From Halobacteriovoraceae bacterium (GTDB lineage: Bacteria > Bdellovibrionota > Bacteriovoracia > Bacteriovoracales > Bacteriovoracaceae), in contig JACKAK010000004.1 in the NCBI GenBank assembly GCA_020635115.1, positions 115,487-179,486 of the forward strand: 64,000 nt of DNA. The letters are read 5' to 3'. Both the position numbers and the translations under genes were made by a program. Every line of letters begins with the position of its first letter. Position 1 is the stretch's first letter. The notes beneath the pieces were generated by a model that did no database searches, had not been told where the DNA came from, and saw only the letters and a program-made list of their open reading frames with translations. Positions 27,755 to 38,388 of the stretch are shown here, piece by piece.

Positions 27755-28771
27755 TTACATATTGCTTTTAACTTGTCGTCTGTAGACTCCAGGTGTTTTT
27801 CCTGTTTGTCTCTGGAATGCCCTTTGAAAAACACTTTGTTCAGAATAACCTAAGAGATAAGAAATTTCATTGATCGAAAGGGCCATATCAGCAAGATGAA
27901 TTTTAGCAAGCTCTTCCCGTGTATCCTCTAAAATTTTCTTAAAACTAGTTCCTTTTGCCTTTAAATGCCTTTGAAGGGTTCTTGTTTCTAATCCCAAATG
28001 TTTTGCAATTATTTCAATTTTTGGGGCCCCTCCTGGCAATTCTTTTGCGAGATATTGATGGATTTCATAGATCATATCCTCATCGCGTGGAAGGGTATTA
28101 GATAGATTTGTGAGGTATTGAACGAGAATTGTACCTAAATTACTATCGGCCCGTTTCATTTTTCGAGTCCAATCTGATTTAAGCACTACAATTTCATTTA
28201 TATTTTGTTCAAATTTAACCTTTGCATTCATGATCTTTTCGTACTCTTCAATTGGTGCCCTAGGCCTGTGCCTGAAGTGAATACTTGCCGGGGCCCAGTT
28301 ATCAATCATAGATTGAATTCTTTTAGAAGATGAACAAAATATGTACTCAACTAAAGTAGGTGGAATAAGGTCTTGTCGTTCATGATATTCAAGTTGAATA
28401 GAGTAATGGTCTGACCTTTCCTGTATCTTCATTAAAGTGCTAGTGTTTGCAAGATGGATGAACTCAGCAAGTTTTTTAAAACCTTCACCTAATGTTTCCG
28501 AAGTTGCAATAACATATTCTAAAGCTTGATAGGCCCCAAGGGGAATTCTTTGATCCGCATGAAGATGCAGTAGTGGATCATGAGAGATTTGCCTGGCCAG
28601 TTCTCCAAACTCAAGGACACAATCTGTCGGGAGGTATCCGCCTTCTTTAAAAACGACTTGTCTAGTTAAACCAACTTTATCTAAGAGTGGAGAAACATCA
28701 ATTCCTTCTTCCTCTAATAATTCTATTACAGATCGCGTTGATACATTTAATGTCAATTTCTTTCGTCTCAT
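27755..28771 (-). CDS. AraC family transcriptional regulator
   Basis: C-terminal double HTH (IEIIAKHLGLETRTLQRHLKAKGTSFKKIL...INEISYLLGYSEQSVFQRAFQRQTGKTPGVYRR). Confidence 0.9.
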   Translation of the reverse strand: MRRKKLTLNVSTRSVIELLEEEGIDVSPLLDKVGLTRQVVFKEGGYLPTDCVLEFGELARQISHDPLLHLHADQRIPLGAYQALEYVIATSETLGEGFKKLAEFIHLANTSTLMKIQERSDHYSIQLEYHERQDLIPPTLVEYIFCSSSKRIQSMIDNWAPASIHFRHRPRAPIEEYEKIMNAKVKFEQNINEIVVLKSDWTRKMKRADSNLGTILVQYLTNLSNTLPRDEDMIYEIHQYLAKELPGGAPKIEIIAKHLGLETRTLQRHLKAKGTSFKKILEDTREELAKIHLADMALSINEISYLLGYSEQSVFQRAFQRQTGKTPGVYRRQVKSNM

Positions 28772-28822
28772 ACAATTATGCTAACAAATAAAATATAATT
28801 TCGCATCATTGAAGGCAGCTCG

Positions 28823-29200
28823 TTACAGAAATTTCTGGATTTTATCCAAGATAGACTGAAAATTATCTGGGCGCAATGCACATTCATTTGCACCTTTTTT
28901 AATAATTTCCTTAAGGTCAGAAATTTCATCCTGTCCACCTATGTAGATGATGGGAAGCTCTTTTTGAGCTTTAGTTTCACGTATAAGTGATATAATCTCA
29001 ATCGGTGGCATGTCTGAACAATGATCTGAAATAAGAATTAAGCTATACTCAGTCCTCTCAAGTAAATGCAATGCTTGAAATCCACTTCCGGTTAGCTCAA
29101 CATTCATCCCTTGCATTCTGAGTCTTGAGCTCAAATTGTTCCTTCTAGTTTGATTATCATCAATATAGAGAATCAAACTTTCAGTACTCATACTATTCAT
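28823..29200 (-). CDS. single-domain response regulator (CheY-like receiver)
   Basis: 125 aa. LILYIDDNQ acidic pocket and a candidate phospho-acceptor Asp in LILISDH. No output domain. Confidence 0.8.
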   Translation of the reverse strand: MNSMSTESLILYIDDNQTRRNNLSSRLRMQGMNVELTGSGFQALHLLERTEYSLILISDHCSDMPPIEIISLIRETKAQKELPIIYIGGQDEISDLKEIIKKGANECALRPDNFQSILDKIQKFL

Positions 29201-29312
29201 ATTTCCTCTTTTTTTAAAAAAGAATGCAATTATTCATCTATTAGGTGATTTACCTCACATATTTAAAAATGTACTACATATATATTCTGTTAACAACGCA
29301 ATTGGAGGATAA

Positions 29313-29747
29313 ATGAATGTTAAGGTGATCGATTTGATGTCTAAGGATGTTATAACGGCCAGAGCTGATTATACAATTGAAAATATTAAAGAGAGAATGA
29401 GAAGTAGAGGTTTAAAATGTATTCCAATTGTTAGAGATAACGACGAAGTTTTAGGTATTGTATCCTTGAGTGATATACTCAAAGTTGAAAATCCAAATGC
29501 ATCTGTAACCAGTGTGATGACAAAAAAAGTTTTTACAATTCCCGAGTATGAAGATGTTCAAATTGCAGCAAGAATTATGCGAAATCACAAAATTCATCAT
29601 ATTGTTGTAACAAAAGAAAAAAAGGCCATTGGAATTGTAAGCTCCCTTGATCTTTTGAAACTAGTTGAAGGAAAACGATTTGAAATGAAAAATCGATCAA
29701 CTGAGAGAAAGCACGGAACAGGTAGGCGAAATGCCCTGGAAAATTAA
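29313..29747 (+). CDS. CBS domain pair protein
   Basis: Two CBS repeats (VIDLMSKDVITA...GIVSLSDIL and VMTKKVFTI...IHHIVV...GIVSSLDLL). Confidence 0.85.
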   Translation: MNVKVIDLMSKDVITARADYTIENIKERMRSRGLKCIPIVRDNDEVLGIVSLSDILKVENPNASVTSVMTKKVFTIPEYEDVQIAARIMRNHKIHHIVVTKEKKAIGIVSSLDLLKLVEGKRFEMKNRSTERKHGTGRRNALEN

Positions 29748-29817
29748 GTAACTACCTGAAAATACAGGTTTGATTTTTTTATTCTTAAGTACTTGATCAA
29801 AACGCTCGATAAGTGAA

Positions 29818-30327
29818 ATGATGAAGAAAATATTTTTATATTTCTTAATATTTCTCACATTTTTTGAATGTGAGTTAAAAGCACTTGAGTCAAGTGAATT
29901 GAAGGCAATTTTTGTTTTTAAATTGATCAATTTTGTAGAGTGGCCTAATAGAGATAAAAACGATCATAAACCCTTAAAGATTTTATTTATCGGAAAAGAA
30001 GATGAGTTTCAACTTCATGAAACCCTTTACAAAAAACTTAAGAATGATTTTACTTATACTCTAGATAAACATTCTGGTGAATCAAAAAACTATACTAATT
30101 ATGATCTTATCATCCTGGGAAATTCTTTTGAAAGTACTTATAAAGGTGAAGAAAACATCCTCAAAAATACTCTCGTTATTTCACTAGGTGAGAATACATC
30201 TTGGTCGTTAATCAAACTCAAAGTGAAAAATAATAAAATTGCTTTTGACGTTAATTTTGAAGAAGTTGATAAAAGTAACTTGAGAATAAGCTCAAGGATA
30301 CTACGTTTAGCGGATAATAGAAAATGA
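29818..30327 (+). CDS. YfiR-like periplasmic protein (DUF4154)
   Basis: Signal peptide plus KAIFVFKLINFVEWP, which resembles the DUF4154/YfiR signature (..YNF.KFV.WP). Overlaps the kinase gene by 4 nt. Confidence 0.65.
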   Translation: MMKKIFLYFLIFLTFFECELKALESSELKAIFVFKLINFVEWPNRDKNDHKPLKILFIGKEDEFQLHETLYKKLKNDFTYTLDKHSGESKNYTNYDLIILGNSFESTYKGEENILKNTLVISLGENTSWSLIKLKVKNNKIAFDVNFEEVDKSNLRISSRILRLADNRK

Positions 30328-32216
30328 AAAAACAGACTCTAGAATCGGCCTTAAAAAGAATGAGCTTGCTAGTCTTAGCAAGTGTACTTCTTATTGCAGG
30401 TTCAATTCATATGACTTTAGAGTTTGTTAATTTAAAGAATTTTTTCTTTAAACAACTTGAAACATCCGATCGTGTTTTGGTCAATAATATAATCTCTTCA
30501 CTGGTATTTGAAGATGTGAAGGATGCTGAAACACTAATTGTTAACTTTACACAAGTCTCAAATGCTGAAAATGTTCAAGTCTATGATTCTAATGGCAGAC
30601 TATTTTATTCTCATGGGGCAAAAGAAGAGTTTAGTCCTTCTGATTTTGAAAAAGGTGGAGAAATCATTTCTGATTTTAATAAGGTGGAGATAAGACAGAT
30701 CATTCAACATCAGAATTATACTATTGGTTATATAAAAGTTCGTCATAGATTAGATAATCTTCATAGGCTCCTACTAAGTCAGTCATTGATTTTTGGTATG
30801 GTCATTGTGTTCATTTTAATTCTTACAAATTTATTAATTTCTAGAATTACCGAGAGACTAACGAGACCATTAAAAAATCAAGTTAAAATATTAGAACAGA
30901 TTAAAGAAGAAAGAAATTTTGAATACAGACTATCTTCTAGTGAAGTAGAGAGGGGAATCAGTGAAATAGCACTTTTAGAACAGAGTATTAATAGCTTACT
31001 TATAGAGATCCAGGATAATTATGGAAAGTTAAAAGATGAAAAATTAGTTGCTGAAAAAGCTCTTGAGATTAGAAATCAATTTGTTAACAATATGTCTCAT
31101 GAAATACGCACACCGATGAATGTTATCATTGGCCTTTCAGAACTTCTTGAAGACGCAATTTTGAGTGAAGAACAGCAACATTACATGGAAATTTTTAGAA
31201 ATTCATGTGAATCTCTAATTTCTCTTGTCGATGTAATTTTAGACCTTTCTAGAATTGAAAGTGGAGAGTTTGATATCGAATTAGAGTTTTTTGATGTGGA
31301 TGAGACATTAAAAAACATTACAGAACTTTATAAATCAAATGCAGAAGCAAAAGGTTTATACATTGAGTATGAAACACATTGTAATATAGATTATCTCATA
31401 CGTTCAGACAAAGATCGATTAGCTCAAATTTTTATGAACCTAGTATCCAACGCAATAAAATTCACACATGTTGGAGGAGTTACAATATTAATAGAACAAA
31501 TGAATCTCGACAGAGACAGAGTAAAATTAAGATTTACAGTTAGAGATACTGGAATAGGTATCGGTAAAGATGATCTAGAAAAAATATTTGAAGATTTCTA
31601 TCAGACGGACTCTGGTCTAACCAGAAAATTTCAAGGATCTGGACTTGGACTTTCTATTTCCAGAAAAATAATTCATCTTATGGGGGGGAAAATCCATGCG
31701 AATAGCATTCCAGGAGCGTTTACTGAATTTATACTAGACATGTCTTTCGAATATGAAAAAAATGAGTCTCATCTTGGTCAATCTGGAATTCAAGACAAGC
31801 AACATAAAAGAAATCAATTGGATGACAGCAAAAAGAAAATTCTTGTTGTTGAAGACAATCTAGAAAACGTCGTTGTTTTAAAAACATATTTAAAAAAATG
31901 TCCTTATATAATTGAAGTCGCTGAAAATGGATTGAAAGGATTAGAAATGTTCAAAAAATTTAAATACGATTTAGTTCTCATGGATATTCAGATGCCTGTT
32001 ATGGATGGGCATACCTCAACTCAAAAAATGCGCGATTACGAGGCAAAAAATAATCTTGTACCAACTCTCATTTATGCTTTGACGGCCCATACAACTAAAA
32101 GTGATATTCTAAAATGTATCGAATCAGGATGTGATGGACATATTCCTAAACCAGTTCGAAAGAAACAAATCATAGAATTACTAGAAAATATACTTAATGA
32201 TCAGAAAGCTGCCTAA
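30324..32216 (+). CDS. hybrid sensor histidine kinase / response regulator
   Basis: Two TM helices flank a periplasmic segment of about 130 aa. H-box NMSHEIRTPMN, N-box LVSNAIKFT, G-boxes DTGIGIG and GSGLGLSI. Receiver domain LVLMDIQMPVMDG ... IPKP. Confidence 0.92.
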   Translation: MKKQTLESALKRMSLLVLASVLLIAGSIHMTLEFVNLKNFFFKQLETSDRVLVNNIISSLVFEDVKDAETLIVNFTQVSNAENVQVYDSNGRLFYSHGAKEEFSPSDFEKGGEIISDFNKVEIRQIIQHQNYTIGYIKVRHRLDNLHRLLLSQSLIFGMVIVFILILTNLLISRITERLTRPLKNQVKILEQIKEERNFEYRLSSSEVERGISEIALLEQSINSLLIEIQDNYGKLKDEKLVAEKALEIRNQFVNNMSHEIRTPMNVIIGLSELLEDAILSEEQQHYMEIFRNSCESLISLVDVILDLSRIESGEFDIELEFFDVDETLKNITELYKSNAEAKGLYIEYETHCNIDYLIRSDKDRLAQIFMNLVSNAIKFTHVGGVTILIEQMNLDRDRVKLRFTVRDTGIGIGKDDLEKIFEDFYQTDSGLTRKFQGSGLGLSISRKIIHLMGGKIHANSIPGAFTEFILDMSFEYEKNESHLGQSGIQDKQHKRNQLDDSKKKILVVEDNLENVVVLKTYLKKCPYIIEVAENGLKGLEMFKKFKYDLVLMDIQMPVMDGHTSTQKMRDYEAKNNLVPTLIYALTAHTTKSDILKCIESGCDGHIPKPVRKKQIIELLENILNDQKAA

Positions 32217-32329
32217 ATTAAACTTTAAATTTAAAATGTCATAATTTGTTATTATCATAATTTTTCTTATTTTTATAAGCTAAAAAGAAAGTTGCACTTG
32301 GGTAGGGATAGGATTATTCTTTTAAGCAT

Positions 32330-34039
32330 ATGGATAATGAACACAGAACTTTTTTTATAGGACCTCATTTTGAGAACTCTAAATTAACTCAACAAATGTG
32401 GAATAGCGTTTTAGATTATTATTCAAAACATAGACTCGACGTTTTCCAAAATGATCCCAAATGGCCTTTATGCGAAGACAATTTACAATCTATTGAAATT
32501 TTAAACTCTGCAATGGAAGAACTTCAAACAATGCTACAAAAAGAAGTTCCCACTTTTACTAAAAGATATATCGGACATATGCTCTCTGATTTCTCCTTAC
32601 CGGCCCTACTTGGACACATTTCAGTACTTCTTCATAATCCAAATAATGCTTCGAAAGAAGTTGCAAAAATAGGATCTTTTCTCGAAATTGAGGCCATAAA
32701 TCTTCTGTGTAAAATGGTTGGTTATGAAGTAAAACAAAGTAGAGGACACTTTACTTCATGTGGAACTTTGGCCAATTTTGAAGCAGTTTGGCGAGCTAGA
32801 TATAGAATGGATCATTTTTTATCGATGGCACTTTGTCTAGCAAAAAAATCTTTACTCGAAAAAAACTTATTTGAATACATGCACATGGGGTGGGACGAGT
32901 TTTATCGAATTCAAAACCATTATCAGATTTCAATTGAAGAACTAATGAAGTACTCTGCGACTGTAAAAGGACCTGCTGAAATTGCACGTATCTGTTCACA
33001 ATTAAATCTAAATTATCCATTGCCAGCTCTTTTAGTCCCAAGTAATTGTCACTATTCCTGGCCAAAGGCCATGAATCTATTTGGACTTGGTACAGAAGCA
33101 GTGATTAAAGTTAAAACTGACAAGAATGGACATGTATCAGTAACAGCACTACGTGATGAAATTAATAAATGTAAAAAGCAAAACAGACCAATACTAATGA
33201 TCACAAGTGTGGCCGGAACAACTGAGTTTGGTGGAATTGACCCTATTCATGATGTTGAGTCAATGCTTGAAGAATTTAAACCATTGCAATTCTGGCATCA
33301 CGTTGATGCAGCTTATGGAGGCTTTTTTTGTAGTCTCCTCGATCGGCCTAAAGAATCAATGCTCAGACTAGAAGTCATTAATGCTCTTCAAGCTCTAAGA
33401 AAAGTAGACTCAATCACAATTGATCCTCATAAACTAGGATATGTGCCTTACGCTTGTGGAGCAATTTTAACTAAAAATCCAGATAATTATATTGTTAGTC
33501 GAATAGATGCTCCTTACCTGATCCGTGATAAATATGTGGATCATCCAGGATGGTCTACCACAATTGAGGGATCGAGATCTGCCACTGGAGCAGGGGCCGT
33601 TTGGTTAAGCTCTCAATGTTTACCATTCAACTCAAATGGGCTTGGTACTATTTTAAAAAAAGGACTCAGAACAAAAATAATGCTAGAGAAAATTTTAACA
33701 GAGAATCTAGAAGAGATTTACTTTACCCCAACTGCAGATACAAATATTCTCTGTTTTTGCTTGGCCAAAAAAGGTCAAAGTCTGTCAGAGGTTAATAAAA
33801 GATCTCAAAAAATATTTGAGTTCTTTAGTGAAGGCCCTGATTTTGCTGTAAGTAAAACTATTTTAACCAAAGTTTCCTACGAAAAGTTAATCCTTCAAAT
33901 GATCAGCAATTGGGAAGGCGTTGATGATGATGAGAATTTATACGTTATAAGACTTGTACTTATGAGCCCTTATGCAGACGATGATGGCCAAACAAAAGAT
34001 CTCTATTTAAATTTTGCTGAATTCTTAAAAGACCTATAA
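32330..34039 (+). CDS. pyridoxal-phosphate-dependent decarboxylase, group II
   Basis: SITIDPHKLGYVPYACG (PLP-lysine motif), HVDAAYGG, and GTLANFEA upstream. Substrate not assignable by eye. Confidence 0.85.
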   Translation: MDNEHRTFFIGPHFENSKLTQQMWNSVLDYYSKHRLDVFQNDPKWPLCEDNLQSIEILNSAMEELQTMLQKEVPTFTKRYIGHMLSDFSLPALLGHISVLLHNPNNASKEVAKIGSFLEIEAINLLCKMVGYEVKQSRGHFTSCGTLANFEAVWRARYRMDHFLSMALCLAKKSLLEKNLFEYMHMGWDEFYRIQNHYQISIEELMKYSATVKGPAEIARICSQLNLNYPLPALLVPSNCHYSWPKAMNLFGLGTEAVIKVKTDKNGHVSVTALRDEINKCKKQNRPILMITSVAGTTEFGGIDPIHDVESMLEEFKPLQFWHHVDAAYGGFFCSLLDRPKESMLRLEVINALQALRKVDSITIDPHKLGYVPYACGAILTKNPDNYIVSRIDAPYLIRDKYVDHPGWSTTIEGSRSATGAGAVWLSSQCLPFNSNGLGTILKKGLRTKIMLEKILTENLEEIYFTPTADTNILCFCLAKKGQSLSEVNKRSQKIFEFFSEGPDFAVSKTILTKVSYEKLILQMISNWEGVDDDENLYVIRLVLMSPYADDDGQTKDLYLNFAEFLKDL

Positions 34040-34116
34040 AAAAGATTAATCTTATTTCTCTAGTCAGCTTGAAGGTTTGAAAATATATAATTATAAGAAT
34101 AATATTTGGAGATTTT

Positions 34117-35442
34117 ATGAACTCTGTAAATAAACTCTTTGATACTTTGTCGTATCTAAATCCTCGATCATTAAAGAGTCTATACGGACATATCATTGTC
34201 CTGGTAGAAACTAAACTGTGGGCAAAAGTTTTAGCTGGGATGCTCTTTGGTGTTTGTTTTGGAGTGATGTTATCAACTTCTGGCCCTTTGAGTAAACAAT
34301 TAGAAAATTACAATAGTTCAATAGAAACTCTTATGGCCTGGTTAGTATTTCCTGCAAAATTTTTTTTAAAACTAATTAAAATGGTCATTATCCCATTAAT
34401 CTTTTCTAGTATAATCCGTGGCCTCGCCTCTACAAACGATGTTACTCAAATGAAAAAATTAGGAATAAGATTTACAATTTTTGTTTTGGTCAACACAATT
34501 CTTGCCTCGCTCCTTGGAATTTTACTGACTTCATTTATTGGACCTGGAAGAGGATTATCCCTAAAGGCATCTGGAGTCATTTCTCAAAATGTAAGTGAGG
34601 GGAATATATTTTCTTTTGGGCCTGATACAATTTTAGAAATTATTCCCTTAAATCCACTTTCTTCATTTGTAGAAGGCCAGATGCTTGATGTCGTTATTTT
34701 ATCTATTATTGGTGGAATTGCTTTTTTATCCATTCAAAAAGATCAGGCCAAAAGTGTAATGGATATGTTAGAAGTCATTCAAGAAATTTGTATGACCGTC
34801 ATATCCTGGGCCATGAGATTGGCCCCCTATGCAGTGTTTGGTATGATGGCCCAAGTTACTTCCTCAACTGGTCTAAAGTCCTTACAAAATATGGCCATGT
34901 ATGTACTTGTTTGTTTCATAGGATTTATTTCATTTATTATTTTTTATTCTATTATAGTTTCAATTTTTAAAAGAATTTCACCACTTGAATTTTTAAAGAA
35001 ATCTTCCACAGCTATTTTACTTGCATTTTCAACATCATCTAGTGCGGCCACAATGCCAGTGTCTATGAAAATAGCTGAAGATGATCTAAAAGTTGATCCT
35101 TCTACGGCCAGGTTTTTGATACCCTTGGGAACTACTGTCAATATGGCCGGTTCTGCAATCTGGCATACCTCTGCAGTGATTTTTTTGAGTCAGGCCTATA
35201 ATATAAACTTATCTCTACCACAAATATCAATAGTCGTAGCGACTTCAATTGCAAGTGCAATAGGGAGCCCTGGTGTACCGGGTGTTGGTGTTGGGATCTT
35301 AGCATCTGTACTTGTTAAAGTTGGAGTACCGATCGAGGGTGTAAGCCTTATATTGGGTGTTGATAGGATAATTGACATGGGATGTACAACCGTGAACGTG
35401 GCCGGTGATTTAACGGCCAGTAAAATATTTAGCAAGATCTAA
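34117..35442 (+). CDS. dicarboxylate/amino acid:cation symporter (DAACS / GltP family)
   Basis: Polytopic membrane protein. SSSAATMPV and GTTVNMAGSA motifs and a DRIIDMGCTTVNVAGD C-terminal hairpin are typical of the SDF/DAACS family. Confidence 0.9.
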   Translation: MNSVNKLFDTLSYLNPRSLKSLYGHIIVLVETKLWAKVLAGMLFGVCFGVMLSTSGPLSKQLENYNSSIETLMAWLVFPAKFFLKLIKMVIIPLIFSSIIRGLASTNDVTQMKKLGIRFTIFVLVNTILASLLGILLTSFIGPGRGLSLKASGVISQNVSEGNIFSFGPDTILEIIPLNPLSSFVEGQMLDVVILSIIGGIAFLSIQKDQAKSVMDMLEVIQEICMTVISWAMRLAPYAVFGMMAQVTSSTGLKSLQNMAMYVLVCFIGFISFIIFYSIIVSIFKRISPLEFLKKSSTAILLAFSTSSSAATMPVSMKIAEDDLKVDPSTARFLIPLGTTVNMAGSAIWHTSAVIFLSQAYNINLSLPQISIVVATSIASAIGSPGVPGVGVGILASVLVKVGVPIEGVSLILGVDRIIDMGCTTVNVAGDLTASKIFSKI

Positions 35443-35993
35443 CGAATTGAGGCCGTATATTCTTCAAGATCTTCTCCAAGTTCTTTAATAATGAGAGCAC
35501 TCAATTTATAATCGTTTCCAGTGAGAAACAAATCAATTTTAGAACCACCTAAAGAAACATTTATCTCAAATTGGATATTTTCATTTGACCTTGACTTGAA
35601 ATTACGAATTATTTTTTTTACTTTTCTCTCTAAAACCTCTTTTGAAAACTCAGGAACTATTTCTTCGGCCATATGACTAATTGTAATCGTTACAGCGTTC
35701 CACTGCGAAGATGAAATCTCAAATTTGATGATATCTTCTATTTTTAAGTCTTGAGAAAGATTAAGTTTAGTTTTCTCTCCAATTGTTTCAATTGAAGAAA
35801 GGTAGGAGTTTAAGACCGTGGATTTTTCGCGAACAGTTAATGAATCTAAGCTTCTACCACTTATCATGAACTCCATACAAGCATTGGCAATACTTGGAGT
35901 AAAACCAATAGCTTCACTTGCAAATGTACTGTTTAAAAATAAGTAAGAAATTATGAAGAATATTTTTTTCACTATTGTCCTAATTAAATTCAC
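35439..35993 (-). CDS. secreted hypothetical protein
   Basis: N-terminal hydrophobic signal. Convergent with the transporter gene (4-nt overlap). Confidence 0.45.
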   Translation of the reverse strand: MNLIRTIVKKIFFIISYLFLNSTFASEAIGFTPSIANACMEFMISGRSLDSLTVREKSTVLNSYLSSIETIGEKTKLNLSQDLKIEDIIKFEISSSQWNAVTITISHMAEEIVPEFSKEVLERKVKKIIRNFKSRSNENIQFEINVSLGGSKIDLFLTGNDYKLSALIIKELGEDLEEYTASIR

Positions 35994-36223
35994 TAAAGAA
36001 ATTGGAGCTTTATCAATACAATTGAGCTATGTTATTATATATAAACAAATTTTGCTAATAACTAAATTGACCCCATGCGTTTTTGATGAAAATTTTTTAT
36101 TCCCTTTGTTAAGCTTATCGTTTTAGTTAAAATAATTATTTGCCAAGTACTAAGAGTAGTTGGAAAAGAGAAGAAGAGTAGATAAAATCATCACAATGTT
36201 GAAATCAAGAAAAGGTTAGAAAG

Positions 36224-36931
36224 TTGAGTGTAAAGTTAAATGTTAATATGAAAAATCAACCTGATTATACGACTTGTGGCCCTACAAGTTTGCATGCAGT
36301 TTATTCTTTCTATAATGATAAAATAGGCCTGGAGCAAATTGTTGATGATATTAATCAATTTGATCAAGGAGGCGGAACACTTGCCGTAATATTAGGTAAG
36401 CATGCGATCAAAAGAGGTTATCATGCTACAATGTTTTGTTTTAATATAAAAGTTTTTGATCCTTCTTGGTTTGAAAAAGGAAACGATTTTATTCGGAAGT
36501 GTATCAATAAGAGCATTGATACAGGAAAAATGTCAGAAAAAAGACTTTTTACACTTAAGGAGTATGAGGAGTACTTAAGATTTGGGGGAGATTTAAAGTT
36601 TAGAGATCTTTCTCAAGAATTATTAAAATCTGTTCTAGATACTAAAGTACCAATTTTAACAGGGTTAAGTTCTACTTGGCTCTATAGAGATAAAAGAGAG
36701 GACCCAATAAAAAATGAATATGACGACATCTTGGGATCACCTGCTGGGCATTTTGTTATCATTGATGGATATGAAAACAACGGGCAGTTTTCCATATGTG
36801 ATCCCTATCAAAAGAATCCAATAAATTCTACGAATCATTACTTAATTAACGGAGATAGGTTGATAAACTCTATATTATTGGGAATATCTTCCTATGATGG
36901 AAATCTACTTATAATTGAGAAAAAGAAATGA
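36224..36931 (+). CDS. papain-fold cysteine peptidase (C39-like)
   Basis: Candidate catalytic Cys in PDYTTCGPTSLHAVY, and His/Asp in PAGHFVIIDGYENNGQFSICDPY. TTG start; ATG at 36248 is an alternative. Confidence 0.55.
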   Translation: MSVKLNVNMKNQPDYTTCGPTSLHAVYSFYNDKIGLEQIVDDINQFDQGGGTLAVILGKHAIKRGYHATMFCFNIKVFDPSWFEKGNDFIRKCINKSIDTGKMSEKRLFTLKEYEEYLRFGGDLKFRDLSQELLKSVLDTKVPILTGLSSTWLYRDKREDPIKNEYDDILGSPAGHFVIIDGYENNGQFSICDPYQKNPINSTNHYLINGDRLINSILLGISSYDGNLLIIEKKK

Positions 36932-38388
36932 ATAAAAACATTATTATAGTGAACGATTCACTTGTAGAAAAATTCAAAAAATCAGGAGCTCTTGTTAGAA
37001 GTCCTATGGATTATATTCTGGGAGAATTTGAAAGAGATAAGAAATACCATATATTTAATCTCTCTTCGAATATGGGCTATCAAGAGAAAGGTTATTATGT
37101 ATCCTTACTTGCGGAGGCCAGAAAAGATAAAATATTTCCTTCGGCCAGATGTATTCAAGATTTGAATGACAAACGTATAAATAAAGTTTTATCTGAAGAT
37201 ATTAATACACTCACTCAGGCAAATCTAAGAAATATAAAATCAGACAAATTTGAATTAAGTATATATTTTGGAAAAAATATCACCTCTTCTTATAACAAAC
37301 TATCTTGGGAGTTATTTCGATTAGTCCAGGCCCCATTATTTAGAGTGTTTTTTGAAAAAAAGAATTCCTGGGAAATAAAGAAGATTTCACTACTTAGGCC
37401 TTCAGAAATTAGTGAATACCATTTGGATTTTTTAATTGAATCATCCAAAAATTATTTTGAAGAAGGGAAGTTTAGCAGATCCAGCAATAGTAAATACAAA
37501 TATGATCTCGCAATTCTGTATGATGAAAACGAGGTCTATCCCCCAAGTGACAAGAAAGCAATTAAAAACTTTGTTAATGCATTTCAGAAAAATGGGATTA
37601 AAACATATTTAATCCAAAATAGTGAAAAACCAGATATCAATAATTATGATGCACTATTTATTCGTGAAACTACAAATGTAACTCATCATACATATAGACT
37701 CTCAAGAAGTGCAGAAATTGAAAGATTAGTTGTTATAGATGATCCTGACTCAATTGTTCGTTGTACAAATAAAATTTACCTTGAACAATTACTAGAAAGA
37801 TTAAAAATTAAACGCCCTAGAACAATCATATTAGATCCTAAGAAGTATGCAAAAGGACATTGGGAAATTAAATTTCCATGCGTTATTAAAAAACCAGATT
37901 CAGCGTTTTCTCAAGGAGTTCACAAAGCAAGTACAGTTGAAGAACTCGATAACATCGCAAAAGAGCTTTTTAAAAAAACTGAACTACTACTTATCCAGGA
38001 ATACGTACCTACAGACTTCGATTGGAGGGTTGGAATTTTAAATGGTGAAATCTTGTACGTATGTAAATACTTTATGGCCAAGGGACATTGGCAAATTATC
38101 AACAATAAGGATGGAAAGTTTGATGAGGGGGGATTTGAATGTATTGATCCTATCAGTGCACCTGAAAAAGTCATCAAAATTGCTCTTAAAGTTGCAAGTG
38201 AAATTGGAATTGGACTTTACGGTGTAGATCTAAAGCAAAAAGGTGAAGATATTTATTTTATAGAGATCAATGATAACCCAAGTATAGAGGCCGGTGTCGA
38301 AGACAAACTTTTGGGGGACGAACTTTATGATAGGGTTGCAAAATTCTTTTTGAGAGAATGTAATAGAAAAAGAGGAATTCATGTCTGA
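36928..38388 (+). CDS. RimK-type ATP-grasp ligase with about 200-aa N-terminal extension (RLAN-like)
   Basis: C-terminal half: FPCVIKKPDSAFSQGV, LLIQEYVPTDFDWRVGILNGE, GLYGVDLKQKGEDIYFIEINDNPS are RimK/ATP-grasp motifs. The N-terminal 200 aa have no catalytic motif. Confidence 0.85.
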   Translation: MNKNIIIVNDSLVEKFKKSGALVRSPMDYILGEFERDKKYHIFNLSSNMGYQEKGYYVSLLAEARKDKIFPSARCIQDLNDKRINKVLSEDINTLTQANLRNIKSDKFELSIYFGKNITSSYNKLSWELFRLVQAPLFRVFFEKKNSWEIKKISLLRPSEISEYHLDFLIESSKNYFEEGKFSRSSNSKYKYDLAILYDENEVYPPSDKKAIKNFVNAFQKNGIKTYLIQNSEKPDINNYDALFIRETTNVTHHTYRLSRSAEIERLVVIDDPDSIVRCTNKIYLEQLLERLKIKRPRTIILDPKKYAKGHWEIKFPCVIKKPDSAFSQGVHKASTVEELDNIAKELFKKTELLLIQEYVPTDFDWRVGILNGEILYVCKYFMAKGHWQIINNKDGKFDEGGFECIDPISAPEKVIKIALKVASEIGIGLYGVDLKQKGEDIYFIEINDNPSIEAGVEDKLLGDELYDRVAKFFLRECNRKRGIHV

